Shown here: piece by piece, positions 50,178 through 61,934 of the stretch
Position numbering within the stretch: position 1 is the stretch's first letter
Layout of the letters: each line of letters starts with the position of its first letter
NCBI RefSeq assembly: GCF_963921235.1
Contig: NC_086097.1
Span: 187,304,001-187,368,000 of the forward strand
Origin: Mobula hypostoma
Taxonomy: Eukaryota
Length of the DNA: 64,000 nt
Reading direction: 5' to 3'
Made by a program: the position numbers and the translations under genes
Notes under the pieces: generated by a model
What the model was told of the DNA's origin: nothing
What the model saw: the letters and a program-made list of their open reading frames with translations, nothing else
Databases searched by the model: none

Positions 50178-52240
50178 ACAATACTTGAAGCGAGCACCAT
50201 CATCTGGGTGTCACACAGCCACCTGCACTCTCATGGTACCAGGTAGGACATCTGGTGTTTCCCAGATTGTGCAATAGATGTCACAGCCTCCAGAACCCAG
50301 CAAATAGACTCTGGAACACTAATCTCTGTTTCCTTACAGCAGCATCACACTTTGCTGAACAACTATCTTCTATGACAGGGAATCACACCACTACAAAGCT
50401 AGCAGATTTCTGCAGGATTGGGGCTGAAGCTGGGCTGTGTCTCAGCGCAGGAAGTGACCTGCCTACTCAGCTATTGCCTGGCAGGGAAGAGTTAATCATT
50501 TTCAGAGTCCCAGTAAGGTTCTTTTGACTCTACACCAACTACAGAGAAAATCTAGGCATGGGATCCCCCACAATCCTCTGCATCTCATGAAGCCTATGGT
50601 TGTCAATGTCTCTGGAAACTTTGTCAAGCTTAGCAAATAAATCCAGGAAGCCCACTGTCTGTTCCCTGATAACAGATTCAACGTCCTTCAGAATAGCGAA
50701 GTCTTCCTGCTGCTGCCTCAGGGTTAGAACCAAGTGGCACTATAATCTAAATTGATCAGGATGAGGCTGAGGATTTCCTTCAAATTACAAAGTAAATTTA
50801 TTAACAAAGTTCATATGTGTCACCACATGCTACCCTGAGATTAATTTTCTTTTGGGCATTCAAAGTAGATAAAAGAATCACAATAGAATCAATGAAAAGC
50901 TGCACACAAAGACAGGGAAGCAACCAATGTGCAAAGCATGACAGATTCTGGAAACACAAAACATAGAAACATAGAAAACCTACAGCACAATACACACCCT
51001 TCAGCCCACAATGCTGTGCCGAACATATACTTACTTTAGAAATTACCTAGGGTTACCCATAGCCCTCTATTTTTCTGAGCTCCATGTACCTGTCCAGGAG
51101 TCTCTTAAAAGACCCACCTCCACCACCACCGCCAGCAGCCCATTCCACATACTCATCACTTCCTGCGTAAAAAACTTACCCCGACATCTCGTCTGTTCCT
51201 ACTTCCAACACCTTAAAACTGTGTCCTCTCATGTTAGCCATTTCAACCCTGGGAAAAAGCCTCTGACTATCCATATGATCAATGCCTCTCATCATCTCAT
51301 ACACCTCTATCAGGTCACCTCTCATCAATGTGTTTAGTCACATCCTCAAGAAATTCAATCAGGCTCGTAAGGCATGACCTGCCTTTCACAAAGCCATGCT
51401 GACTATTCCTAATCATATTATGCCTTTACAAATGTTCATAAATCCTGCCTATCAGGATCTTTTCCATCAACTTACCAATCACTGAGGGAAGACTCACTGG
51501 TCTATAGTTTCCTGGGCTATCTCTACTCCCTTTCTTGAATAAGGGAAACACATCAGCAACCCTCCAATCCTTCAGAACCCTATTCATGATGCAAAGAGCA
51601 TTGCCAGAGGCTCGGCAATCTCCTTTCTCACCTCCCATGGTAGCCTCTATCAGGTCACCTCTCATCCTCCATCGCTCCAAGAAAAAAAAGCCGAGTTCAC
51701 TCAACCTATTCTCATAAGGCATGCTCCCCAATTCAGGAAACATCCTTGTAAATCTCCTCTGCACGCTTTCTATGGTTTCCACCTCCTTCTTATACTGAGG
51801 CGACCAGAACTGAGCACAGTACTCCAGGTGGGGTCTGGCCAGGGTCCTATATAGCTGCAACATTACCTCTCAGCTCCTAAACTCAATCCCATGATTGATG
51901 AAGGCCAATGCACCATATGCTTTCTTAACCACAGAGTCAACCTGCGCAGCAGCCTTGAGTGTCCTATGGATTTGGAACCCAAGATCCCGCTGATCCTCCG
52001 CACTGCCAAGAGTCTTACCATTAGTACTATATTTTGTCATCATATTTGACCTACCAAAATGAACCATCTCACACTTATCTGGGTTGAACTCCATTTGCCA
52101 CTTCTCAGCCCAGTTTTGCATCCTATCAATGTCCCTCTATAACCTCTGACAGCTCTTCACACTATCCACAACACCTCCAACCTTTGTGTCATCAGCAAAC
52201 TTACTAACCCATCCCTCCACTTCCTCATCCAGGTCATTTA

Positions 52241-52934
52241 TGTCAGGGGGTTTTGTCTTTTATGTTACTGCGGAGGCTAATTAAAATGGCTTCTTTGTTA
52301 TGTTATAATCGGGAATGCTTCTCTGTTATGTTAAATGCTGAGATAGTCTCTAGCTAGACATTTGCTTGGGTTAATACAGACAGCAGGTGCTATTAACCAA
52401 TTGGGAAGTTGTTATGATTTTGGTGTATCTGGAAGATTTGTATGCGCAGGGTTTTGGGGCAGAAGGCGGAAAAGAGAGACAGAGAATGGACCAGGTGCTG
52501 TGAGTCCGCTAACGGGGTCGAAACCCGAGCGGGGCGTTTGGCGAGGAGGGGAGACAGAGACGGACTCGTGTGGAACGTCTGGTCGACCACCGTTGTTGGT
52601 CCCAGGTGGCCAGTCGAGGCGGTCTGAGGTGTCGCAGGGTGAAGAAGAAGGGTCCTGAGCTCCAACTGTTTGTACACGAAGAGATTGAACTTTGATAAGT
52701 GTGGCGCATTTTATTTTCCTTTTATATTTTATTCTCTATTAATTATATAGTTCCAGTAATATCTATAAACTGTAAATCATTTAATCTTATCTGGTGTATT
52801 GTCTATTATTTGGGCGGGGTGGGGTACATCACACAGCATCCACACAAACTAATTACCCAGTTTGGCGGGGCCGAGGGCTGTTTCCCTAGACGACAGCGAG
52901 CCGAGCGACCCTGAGGGTGGCCGGGGGGGCTACA
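52241..52934 (+). repeat. 5' LTR (694 bp)
   Basis: Direct repeat of 54884-55577; about 15 differences in the first 240 bp by eye. Confidence 0.95.
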
Positions 52935-52959
52935 TTGTGTGGGCTTTCATTCAGAATTG

Positions 52960-53430
52960 GATCTACTGGTATGCTGTGTGGGTGCCCCGTTTAAACCAGT
53001 AATGTGTGTCTCTGTGGGTTATTTGCTGGTTATTGCTGTATACGTGGCGGGTGAGGTCTTTGTTCGAGTTCAGACTAGCATTGACGAGTTGGAGGTGGAA
53101 CTCGGGGCTGTCCATGCTGTTGGGAGAGAGAGGAAAGAGTGGTCTGATTTGGAGATAGTGTGTGCGAATAAATGTTCCAGCTCTGGCAGGCTCCGCCTGG
53201 TGTTTGGGATAGTGTCCACCCCAAGAGAGGCGGAGGCATGCGAGACGTGGGCGGAGCGGATCTCTCAGTTGTTAGATGAGTGGCAGTGCTCGGTTGAGGA
53301 GAGTGACAGGGATTGGTTGAAAGTTTAAGTAGGCGAGTTGGTGACGGTGTTAGAGCTGTCAGGTTCACTTACACCGTAGTGACAGCTGTCAGTTATTTGA
53401 AAGAGGGGGGTTTTAACCAAGAACTGTAAA
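52960..53430 (+). pseudogene. PNMA-type Gypsy gag relic
   Basis: RLRLVFGIVSTPREAEACETWAERISQLLDEWQCS, then after a frameshift GLVESLSRRVGDGVRAVR. Confidence 0.8.
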
Positions 53431-53564
53431 GAGTGTGTGGAGTTTTGGCGTATGTGGATGACTGCCTAGAGATTGAATTCGCCTGGGGGGACTATGAAGC
53501 GAGGCGAGTGGCTGAGCCCAGGCAACAGAAGCGAAGTGTCAAATGTGGAGGAGTATTTGGCTGG

Positions 53565-54420
53565 AGGAGTTTGGTGCAATGTGAGAAAAATGACTGGAAA
53601 TACCAGTTGAACTTCCTGGTGTTGGAACAGACGGTGGTGGACCTGGGGATGAAAACCCAGGTCATCAATCTGAATGAGACACAGGGGAGAGAGGGGATTT
53701 GCACCGCTGAACTGAGTGCTCAGAAATGCCGGCCGCAGACTGAGTGCTGCACTTGTGGGACGACCATTGCAGACTTGGAATTCACACTCGTCAACGTGGA
53801 GAAGGAGCAACGGAATTCCGAGCCGACACTGCGGTCATGTGCTGATGAATTAATCCAGCGAGAAGAAACAATGACCCACCTTCGAAGGGATCAGCAGAAA
53901 CTCAAGACATCGATTCAGAAAAGATTGGAAGACTTACAAGTTGGGGAAGATCAAGGAAGTGTTCTGACTAAGGCCAACAGAAAACCGGGAGCCCAGGAGG
54001 GGAGTTTGACTACACTCCTGAGGAGGTGAAGAAATGGAGGACAGATCTTGGAAAAATTAGGCAGATGCTTGAAAGGAACCTGAAGATGACTATTGCGAGT
54101 TTAAATGAAGTGGAAAAACTGAAAGTTGACCTGGAAGACGTCATCAGGAAGAAAAAACTGGAGGCTGACCATCCTTTAACTGCTGCTTTTCAGGTCAGGG
54201 TGGAAGAAGCTGGTGGGGTAACTGCACCCCAGATTGAGATGGCCAAGAACGCTGAGTCAGAACTGCTGAGTCTGTGGCGAGAGTTGTAGGAGTCCCCGAA
54301 GAAGCTGACGTCTCGACTGCAGCAGGATGAAGGGGTAGCCCCAGCTAAATGTTTCAGTTTGCAGAAACTTAAACAGCAGCTACCGATCGAGGGAATGAGG
54401 ACGAATACGGATTTGAAGGA
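53565..54420 (+). pseudogene. MYH16: Captured, intronless sarcomeric myosin heavy-chain rod fragment (MYH16-like)
   Basis: [138 protein letters not shown] are collinear with myosin II rod motifs; paralog assignment is less sure than family. Confidence 0.85.
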
Positions 54421-54883
54421 TGATGTGCTGCACATGTGGTACATGCTGCCTTTCGCTACCTTCCCCGTGATTGAGGAAGAGACCTTTGGCCCTTCTCCCA
54501 CTGAGTCAGGTGTAGTGGGGAGGGCTAGCTGTGGGCAGTCTGACTTACGGCAGGACCAGGAAGGAAAAGAAGTGGGACCCCGGTCACGGGACGGGGGCTC
54601 CGAGCTGTAATGGTGGCCTGAGTGAGAGAGGAGTTGGCAAGCAGGCCCGAGGTATCCCTAGTAGTGTCTGAGCCTTTTGGGTTTAGGTGAGGGGGTACGG
54701 AGGGATAAGAAGCTCCCAGATAGGTTGGCCTTTTTTAGTGCCCGCAGGACGGACGTAAGGTTCACTGTTTGGGGAGCACAGTCACTGTGTGTATCCGTGT
54801 ATGTGTGTGTTGTGTGTCTGCAGGACTGGTTGGTGAGTTATTTAGAAGTCATGAGGACATGACTTTATTTGGTGGGGGGAGAG

Positions 54884-55577
54884 TGTAAGGGGATTTTGTC
54901 TTTTATGTTACTGCGGAGGCTAATTAAAATGGCTTCTTTGTTATGTTATACTGGGGAATGCTTCTTTGTTATGTTAAATGCTGAGAAAGTCTCCAGCTGG
55001 ACATTTGCTTGGCTTAATACAGACAGCAGGTGCTATTAACCAATTGGGATAGTTGTTATGATTTTGGTGTATCTGGAAGATTTGTATGCACAGGATTTTG
55101 GGGCGGAAGGCGGGAGAGAGAGACAGAGAATGGACCAGGTGCTGTGAGTCCACTAATGGGGTCGAAACCCGAGCGGGGCGTTCGGCGAGGAGGGGAGATG
55201 GAGACGGACCCGTGTGGAGTGTCTGGTCGACCACTGTTGTTGGTTCAGGCGGCCGGTCGAGGCGATCTGAGGGGTCACAGGGTGAAGAAGAAGGGTCCTG
55301 AGCTCCAACTGTTTGTGCACGAAGAGATTGAACTTTGATAAGTGTGGCGCATTTTATTTTCCTTTTATATTTTATTCTCTACTAATTATATAGTTCCAGT
55401 AAGATCTATAAATTGTAAATCATTTAATCATATCTGGTGTATTGTTTGTTATTTGGGCGGGGTGGGGTACATCACACAGCATCCACACAGACTAATTACC
55501 CAGTTTGCCGGGGCCGAGGGTTGTTTCCCTAGACAACAGCGAGCTGAGCAACCCTGAAGGTGGCCAGGGGGGCTACA
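54884..55577 (+). repeat. 3' LTR (694 bp)
   Basis: Preceded by PPT, ends GCTACA followed by TSD TTTA. Confidence 0.95.
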
Positions 55578-57404
55578 TTTATAAAAATCACAAAAGAGTA
55601 GGGGTCCCAGAACAGATCTCTGAGGCACACCACTAGTGACTGACCTCCATGCAGAATATGACCTGTCTACAGCCACTCTTTGCCTTCTGTGGGCAAGTCG
55701 ATTCTGGATCCACAAAGCAATTTCCCCTTGGATCCCATTTCCTCCTTACTTTCTCAATAAGCCTTGCATGCAGTAACTTATCAAATATCTTGTTGAAATC
55801 CATATACACTACGTCTACTGCTCTTCCTTCATCAATGTGTTTAGTCACATCCTCAAAAAATTCGATTGGGCTCATAAGGCATGACCTGCCTTTCACAAAT
55901 CCATACTGATTATTACTAATCATATTATGCCTCTCCAAATGTTCATAAATCCTGCCTCTCAGAATCTTGTCCATCCACGTACTGACCACTGAAGTAAGAC
56001 TCACTGGTCTTTTAATTTCCTGGGCTATCTCTACTCCCTTTTTGGAATAATGGAAGAACATCCGCAACCCAACAATCCTCCAGAACCTCTCCCGTCCCCA
56101 TTGATGATGCAAAGATCATCGCCAGAGACTCAGCAATCTCCTCCCTCGCCTCCCACAGTAGCCTGGGGTACATCTCATCTGGTCTCGGTGACTTATCCAA
56201 GTTGATGCTTTCCAAAAGCTCCTGCACATCCTCTTTCTTAATATCTACATGCTCAAGCTTTTCAGTCCGCTGTAAGTCATCACTACAATCACTTAGATCC
56301 TTTTCCATAGTGAATACTGAAGCAAAGTTCTCATTAAGTACCTTTGCTATCTTTTCCCTTTCTATACAGACCTTTCCACTGTCACACTTGATTGGTCCTA
56401 TTCTGTCACGTCTTATTCTCTTGCTCTAAATATACTTGTAGACTGCTTTGGGCTTTTCCCTAATCCTGTCCACCAAGGCCTTCTCATGGCCCCTTCTGCC
56501 TCTGCTAATTTCTTTCTTGAGCTCCTTCCTGCTAGCCTTATAATCTCTTAGCTCCTTATCATTACCTAGCTTTTTGAACATTTCCTAAGCTCTTCTTTTT
56601 TTCTTGACTAGATTAACAACAGCCTTTGTACACCACAGTTCCTGTACCTTACCATTCATTCCGTGTCATTGGAATGTACCTGTGCAGAACTCCACAAAAA
56701 TATACCCTGAACATTTGCCACATTTTTTCCGTACATTTCCTTGAGAACATCTGTTCCCAATTTATGTTTCCAAATTCCTGATAGCCTCATATTTCCCCTT
56801 ATTCCAATTAAACGCTTTCCTAACTTGTCTGTTCCTATCCCTCTCCAATGCTATGGTAAAGGAGATAGAGTTTTGATCTCTATCTCCAAAATGTTCTCCC
56901 ACTGAGAGATCTGGCACCTGACCAGATTCATTTCCCAATACCAGATCAAGTACAGCCTCTCCTCTTGTAGGCTTATCTACATAAACCTTCTTGAACACAC
57001 CTAACAAACTCCACCCCATCTAAACCCCTCACTTTAGGGACATGCCAATCAATATTTGGGAAATTAAAATCTCCCACCACAACAATCCTGTTATTATTAC
57101 ACCTTTCCAGAATCTGTCTCCCTATCTGCTCCTCGATGTCCCTGTTACTATCGGGTGGTCTATAAACTACACCCAGTCGAGTTATTGACCCCCTCCTGTT
57201 TCTAACTTCCACCCACTTCCTCCTTTTCTGCAGCTGTGACACTATTTCTGATTAGCAGTGCCATTCCCCCACTTCTTTTACCTCCCTTCCTGTACCTTTT
57301 GAAACATCTAAAGCCTGGCACTCGAAGTAACCGTTCCTGCCCCTGAGCCATCCAAGTCTCTGTAATGGCCACAACATCATAGCTCCAAGTACTGATCCAT
57401 GCTC

Positions 57405-57700
57405 TAAAGACAAAACAAAATAATAATAACAAGTTATAAATAATATTGAGAGCATGATTTGTAGCATAATTTGAAAGTGCGTCCAAAGTCTGTGAAATGA
57501 GTTCAGTGTTGAGGTGAGTGAAGATATCCATTCTGGTTCAGGAGCTTGATGATTGAGGGGTAATAACTGTTCCTGAACTTGGTGGTATGGGACATGATGC
57601 TCTTGTAACTCCTTCCTTTTGGCAGCAGCAAGAAGAGAGCACGGCCTGGATGATGGAGGTCCTTCATGATGGATGCTGCTTTCCTGTGACAGCTCACTGT
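57405..57700 (-). mobile_element. Rex1-like 3' fragment
   Basis: KAASIMKDLHHPGRALFLLLPKGRSYKSI..TTKFRNSYYP. Confidence 0.75.
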
Positions 57701-58384
57701 CCCTCTGTGGAAACCTTGAAGCAAAAGAATATTGATCGAGTGATCCTGTGGCTTTATTCATCAACAAATATCACTCTCAGCACCAAGCATGAGTAACTTA
57801 AAACAAGAACATTGCCGGCCTACAACAGATATTGACTTCTGGACATATTTGAAGGTATTATTTACAACTTGTGTAGCAGATGAATTCATATTGAAGGTAA
57901 TGATCCATGACTGGCTGCAACTGCTGTAAGTTTTTCCACAGAGTCTGTATCATCGAAGGTTATTCAAGTAAAGTAATATGTGCCCAGTTACAAGCTATGT
58001 TAAATATGTTTATCCTGCCTTGTATGAATGTATGTCTAGATATGAAAATATTAAAGAATCAGTGCTGTATTACAGGCTCCTTGACAGGGTATACTAGGGA
58101 AAAATTATTGATTTGCGGACACTAAAATGCCACAATATATGAATGTTTGATGTGGTGGCTGTTTGGCCAAGTCCAGCTCAGTGATATGTGGGAAGGCATT
58201 CAGGAAAAGGCTCTTGGGTGGGTGTCCAGGAATGATCCATTGCTTTCACCTACCTGCCTAGTGTTCAGACTTTATTCTCTGTTTGTGCTATAAGACTTTT
58301 TTTCTGGCAAAAGAGTACTCCACGATATAGGTATGTCCCCTGCAGATGAAAGCATCTACATTGTTGAGTAACATTGAACAAACT

Positions 58385-59108
58385 GTCATCCCCAACACCC
58401 AAAATCTTCAGCATTCTCTCTAGTAGAGGCAAAAATAGTGACGTAGTGCACATGGATTCATTGTCCATTCAGAGATCTGATGGCAGTGGGGAAGAAGGTG
58501 TTCCTAAAATTTTGGGTGTGTCATCTCCTTGATGTTAGCAATGGGAGGGAGACACGTCCTGAGTGATGGGAGTCATTAATGATGAATGCCGCCTTTTTGA
58601 GCCATCGCTTTTTGAAGATGTCCTTGATGGTGGGGTGGGGGGCAAGTGCCCATGATAGAGCCGGATGAGTTTGAAACCTGCTGCAGTTTTTTCTGATCCA
58701 GTGTAGTGCCCCTCCATACCAGACAGTGATGCAATCAGTTAGAATGCTCTCCATGGTACACCTATAGAAACTTGCTAGAGTTTTTGGTGACATAACAAGC
58801 TTCTCCAAACTCCTAATGAAATACAGCCTCTGTTGTGCCTTCTTTATATTGCATCAATATATTGGACCCGTGATAGATCTACAGAGATGTTGACATTCAA
58901 GAATTTGAAACTGCTCTTCATTTCCACTGCAGATCATTCAATGAGCACTGGTGTGTGTCTCCTCAATTTCCTCTTCCTGAAGTCATAATCAATTCCTTGG
59001 TCTTACTGACACTGGGTCCAAGGTTGTTGTTGTGACACCACTTAACCAGCTGATCTCTCTCTCTCTCCTGAAAGCCTCCTCATGACCATTTGAGATTCTG
59101 TCAACAAT
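58385..59108 (-). mobile_element. Rex1-like C-terminal fragment
   Basis: SPKTLASFYRCTMESILTDCITVWYG..KKAAFIINDSHH. Confidence 0.8.
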
Positions 59109-59288
59109 AACCAAGAGAAAATCTGATGATGCTGGAAATCCAAGCAACACACGCAAACTGTTGGAGGGACTCAGCTGGCCAGGCAGCATCTATGGAAAAG
59201 AGCACAGTTGACATTTCAGGCTGAAACCCTTCAGCAGGTCCATAGGAAAAAAAGCTGAGGAGTACATTTAAATGGTGGGGGGAGGGGT
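59108..59288 (-). mobile_element. Penelope pseudo-LTR relic with degenerate hammerhead
   Basis: Similar to 16887-17060 and 44730-44811. Confidence 0.7.
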
Positions 59289-59289
59289 T

Positions 59290-61920
59290 ATTTGACTGGG
59301 GAGCTTAAGATGAAGGAATCCTTAACAGACAGTAATCATAATATGATAGAAATCACTCTGCAGTTTGAGAGGGAGAAGATAAGGTCAGAAATATCAGTAT
59401 TATTGTGGAGTAAGGGCAATTACAGAGGCATGAAAGAGGAGCTGGCCAAAGTTGATTGGAAGGGGACACTATCAGTGATAATGGCAGAATAGGAATGGCT
59501 GGTGTTTCTGGAGGCAATTCAAAAGGCGCATGATAGATACCTTTCAAAAATGAAGAAGGATTTTAAAGGAAGGATGAGGCAACCGCACTAACAAGGGAAG
59601 TCAAAGACAGCATAAATTCAAAATTAGAGAGCATATAATATAGTAAAAATTAGTGGGAATCTAGAGGATTGGGAAGCTTTTAAAAACCAATGGAAGGCAA
59701 CTGAAAAAGCCCTAGGGACAGAAACGATGAAATACAAAGGTCCACTAGCCAATAATATAAAAGAGGAGACCAGAAGTTTTTTTTTGATTTTAAAAGTGTA
59801 AAGAGAATGGCTATCAGACTGTTGGAAAATGATTCTGCAGTGGTAGTAAATGGGGACAAAGAAATGTCAGACAAACTTAGTAAGTATTTTGAATCAGTTT
59901 TCTCCTTGGAAGACACTAGCAGTATGCCAGAAATTCCAGTGTCAGGGGAGGAATTGAGAGTAGTTGCTATTACTAAGGGGAAGGTGCTTAGGAAGCTGAA
60001 AGCTCTGAATTTAGTTAAGTCACCTTGGCCAGATGGTCTACACCCCAGTGCTCTGAAAGAGGTAGCTGAAGAGATTATGGAGGCATTAGTAATGATCTTT
60101 CAAGAATCACTAGATTTTGGAATGGTTCTGGAGGACTAAAAAATGCAAATATCATTCTCCTGTTTAAGAAGGGAGGTAGGCAGAAGAGAGGAATTTAAAG
60201 GCCAGTTAGTCTGACTTCAGTGGTTGTGAGGATGTTAGAATCTATTGTTATGACTGTGATCAAAGGCACTGGAGAAACACTGAAGCTGGTGATCAAGAAG
60301 TCTTTATTTAGTATAACGAGCAAGCTTAATTTTGGAGACACTCTTGACAGAGGCTCACCAAGCCAAAGGTACAGTATATCACATTTTTGTACCCTTAAGA
60401 TCAAAGGTAACAGTAGGTGATTCAATACAATTTCTATACAATTTCTGACATTGTTTACTTTGGGTTGACAAATGTTTCCTTCAAGATACATAGTGGAAGC
60501 ACATTATAATTGATAAGACAACTCTAAAGATCTTAAGACCTTTGGAAGAAACTAATTAGCACAAATATTCTAAACCCTTTTGATGACAGAGATCCAGACA
60601 CCCAAAATTAATGTTGTCAGGGCTGACTCTGAGTACACAACTATGGTAGGTACACAAAAACTATTAATTGCCTATACCTGTGGTCAAATTTGATATGCTA
60701 AGTGACAACATCCGTCTGGTCTGCCAGCTTGCATCCAAGTCACCATGTTGCAAATAACTTAGTTATTTGCCTGGTTTGAGGCAAGCCAATTTACACAAAC
60801 CAATTGTCTTAATGTTTGGCTCTTGTATATGCAATCTCTTAGTCTGTGGAGCAGCTTGTGCTTTTAATTTGAATATGCTGCTTGCAATTTACACAAAAAA
60901 ATGTACTGAAGGCAAATTGCAAGCTTCCTGAACGTATTTATATTGACAATAAGAAATAAAGCTTGGTTCTTCTTTGAATAAATATCTGCTATATTCACAT
61001 AACTCCAGAATATTCCCTAACATTCATTATTAAGGATGAAGTTTCAGATTACCCGGATGTACATGAAAAAGTAGGCCAAAGTCAGCATGGTTTCCTTAAG
61101 GGGAAATCTTGTCTGACAAATCTGTTGAAATTCTTCGAGAAAATAACAGGCAGGATAGACAAAAGAGAGTCAGTGCATGTTGTTTATTTGGATTTTCAGA
61201 AAGCCTTTGACAAGGTGCCACACATGAAGCTACTTAAAAAGAGACCACAGTATTACAGAAAATATACTAACATGGATAGAAAATTAGATGACTGGCAGGA
61301 GGCAAAGCATGGTAATAAAGGGATCCTTTTCTGGTTAGTGAAAATAAGTAAGAGGGGCAGGTGAAACTGAGGAAGCAGGGAGCCTGCAGAAGGACCGAGG
61401 ACAGATTGGGAGAAGGGCAAAGAACAGGCAGTTGGAATATGGAGTAGGGAGGTATATGGTCATGAGCTTTGATAGAAGGAATAAAGACATAGACTATTTT
61501 CTAAATGGGGAGAAAATGTAAAAGTTGGAGGTGCTATGAGACTTAGGAGTCCTTATGCAGGATTTCCTAAAGGTTAACTTGCAGGTTGAATTGGTTGAAA
61601 ATGAGGTTCACGGGAATGATTCCTGGAATGGAAGGGTAAACATATGTGGAGCATTTAATAGCACTGAGCTTGTACTCACTGAAGTTTAGAAGATTGAGGA
61701 GGGATCACATTGAAATCTGTTGAATGGCATGGATAGAGTGAACGTGGGAAGGACATTTCCTATAGTGAGTGAGTCTAGGACCGTATGGCACAGCCTCAGA
61801 ATAGAGGGACGTCCCTTCAGAAAAGAGATGAAGAGGATTTTCTATAGTCAGAGGGTAGTCAATCCATGGAACTCATTGCTACAGATGCGGAGGCCAAGTT
61901 AGTGAGCATATTTAAAGTGG
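59290..61920 (+). mobile_element. Decayed CR1 ORF2 interrupted by a solo LTR
   Basis: SNHNMIE, KSPWPDGLHP, RPVSLTSVV, VVYLDFQKAFDKVPH, FYSQRVVNPWNSL. Confidence 0.88.
60246..61022 (-). mobile_element. Old solo LTR (777 bp)
   Basis: TGTTA...TAACA termini interrupting CR1 at ..gaatctat / ttcattattaaggatg; TTTATT about 60 bp from the left end; imperfect flanking 5-mers TCTAT/TTCAT. Confidence 0.7.
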
Positions 61921-61934
61921 ATGGTGATGGTAGT

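Larger units (their letters stand above)
52241..55577 (+). mobile_element. Non-autonomous Gypsy LTR retrotransposon (3337 bp) carrying a captured myosin heavy-chain fragment
   Basis: LTRs 52241-52934 and 54884-55577 (TGT...TACA), TSD TTTA, PPT GGTGGGGGGAGAG 54871-54883, degenerate PBS after the 5' LTR. Confidence 0.95.
50958..57405 (-). mobile_element. Decayed CR1 ORF2 (EN to 3' end) split by the LTR element at 52241-55577
   Basis: aggtcaTTTA / TTTAtaaaaatcac rejoins into contiguous CR1 (compare 29517-29540); YDVVAITETW, GVVYRPP, GDFNFP, MDFNKIFDKL, GVPQRSVLGP. Confidence 0.92.

Noticed and set aside
51426..51863. Novel 145-aa protein
   Set aside because: Chimera of two CR1 ORF2 segments created by the local templated insertion
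53433..54610. Functional host myosin gene or exons
   Set aside because: Intronless, lacks the motor domain, internally deleted, has a frameshift and stop, and is enclosed by LTRs with a TSD
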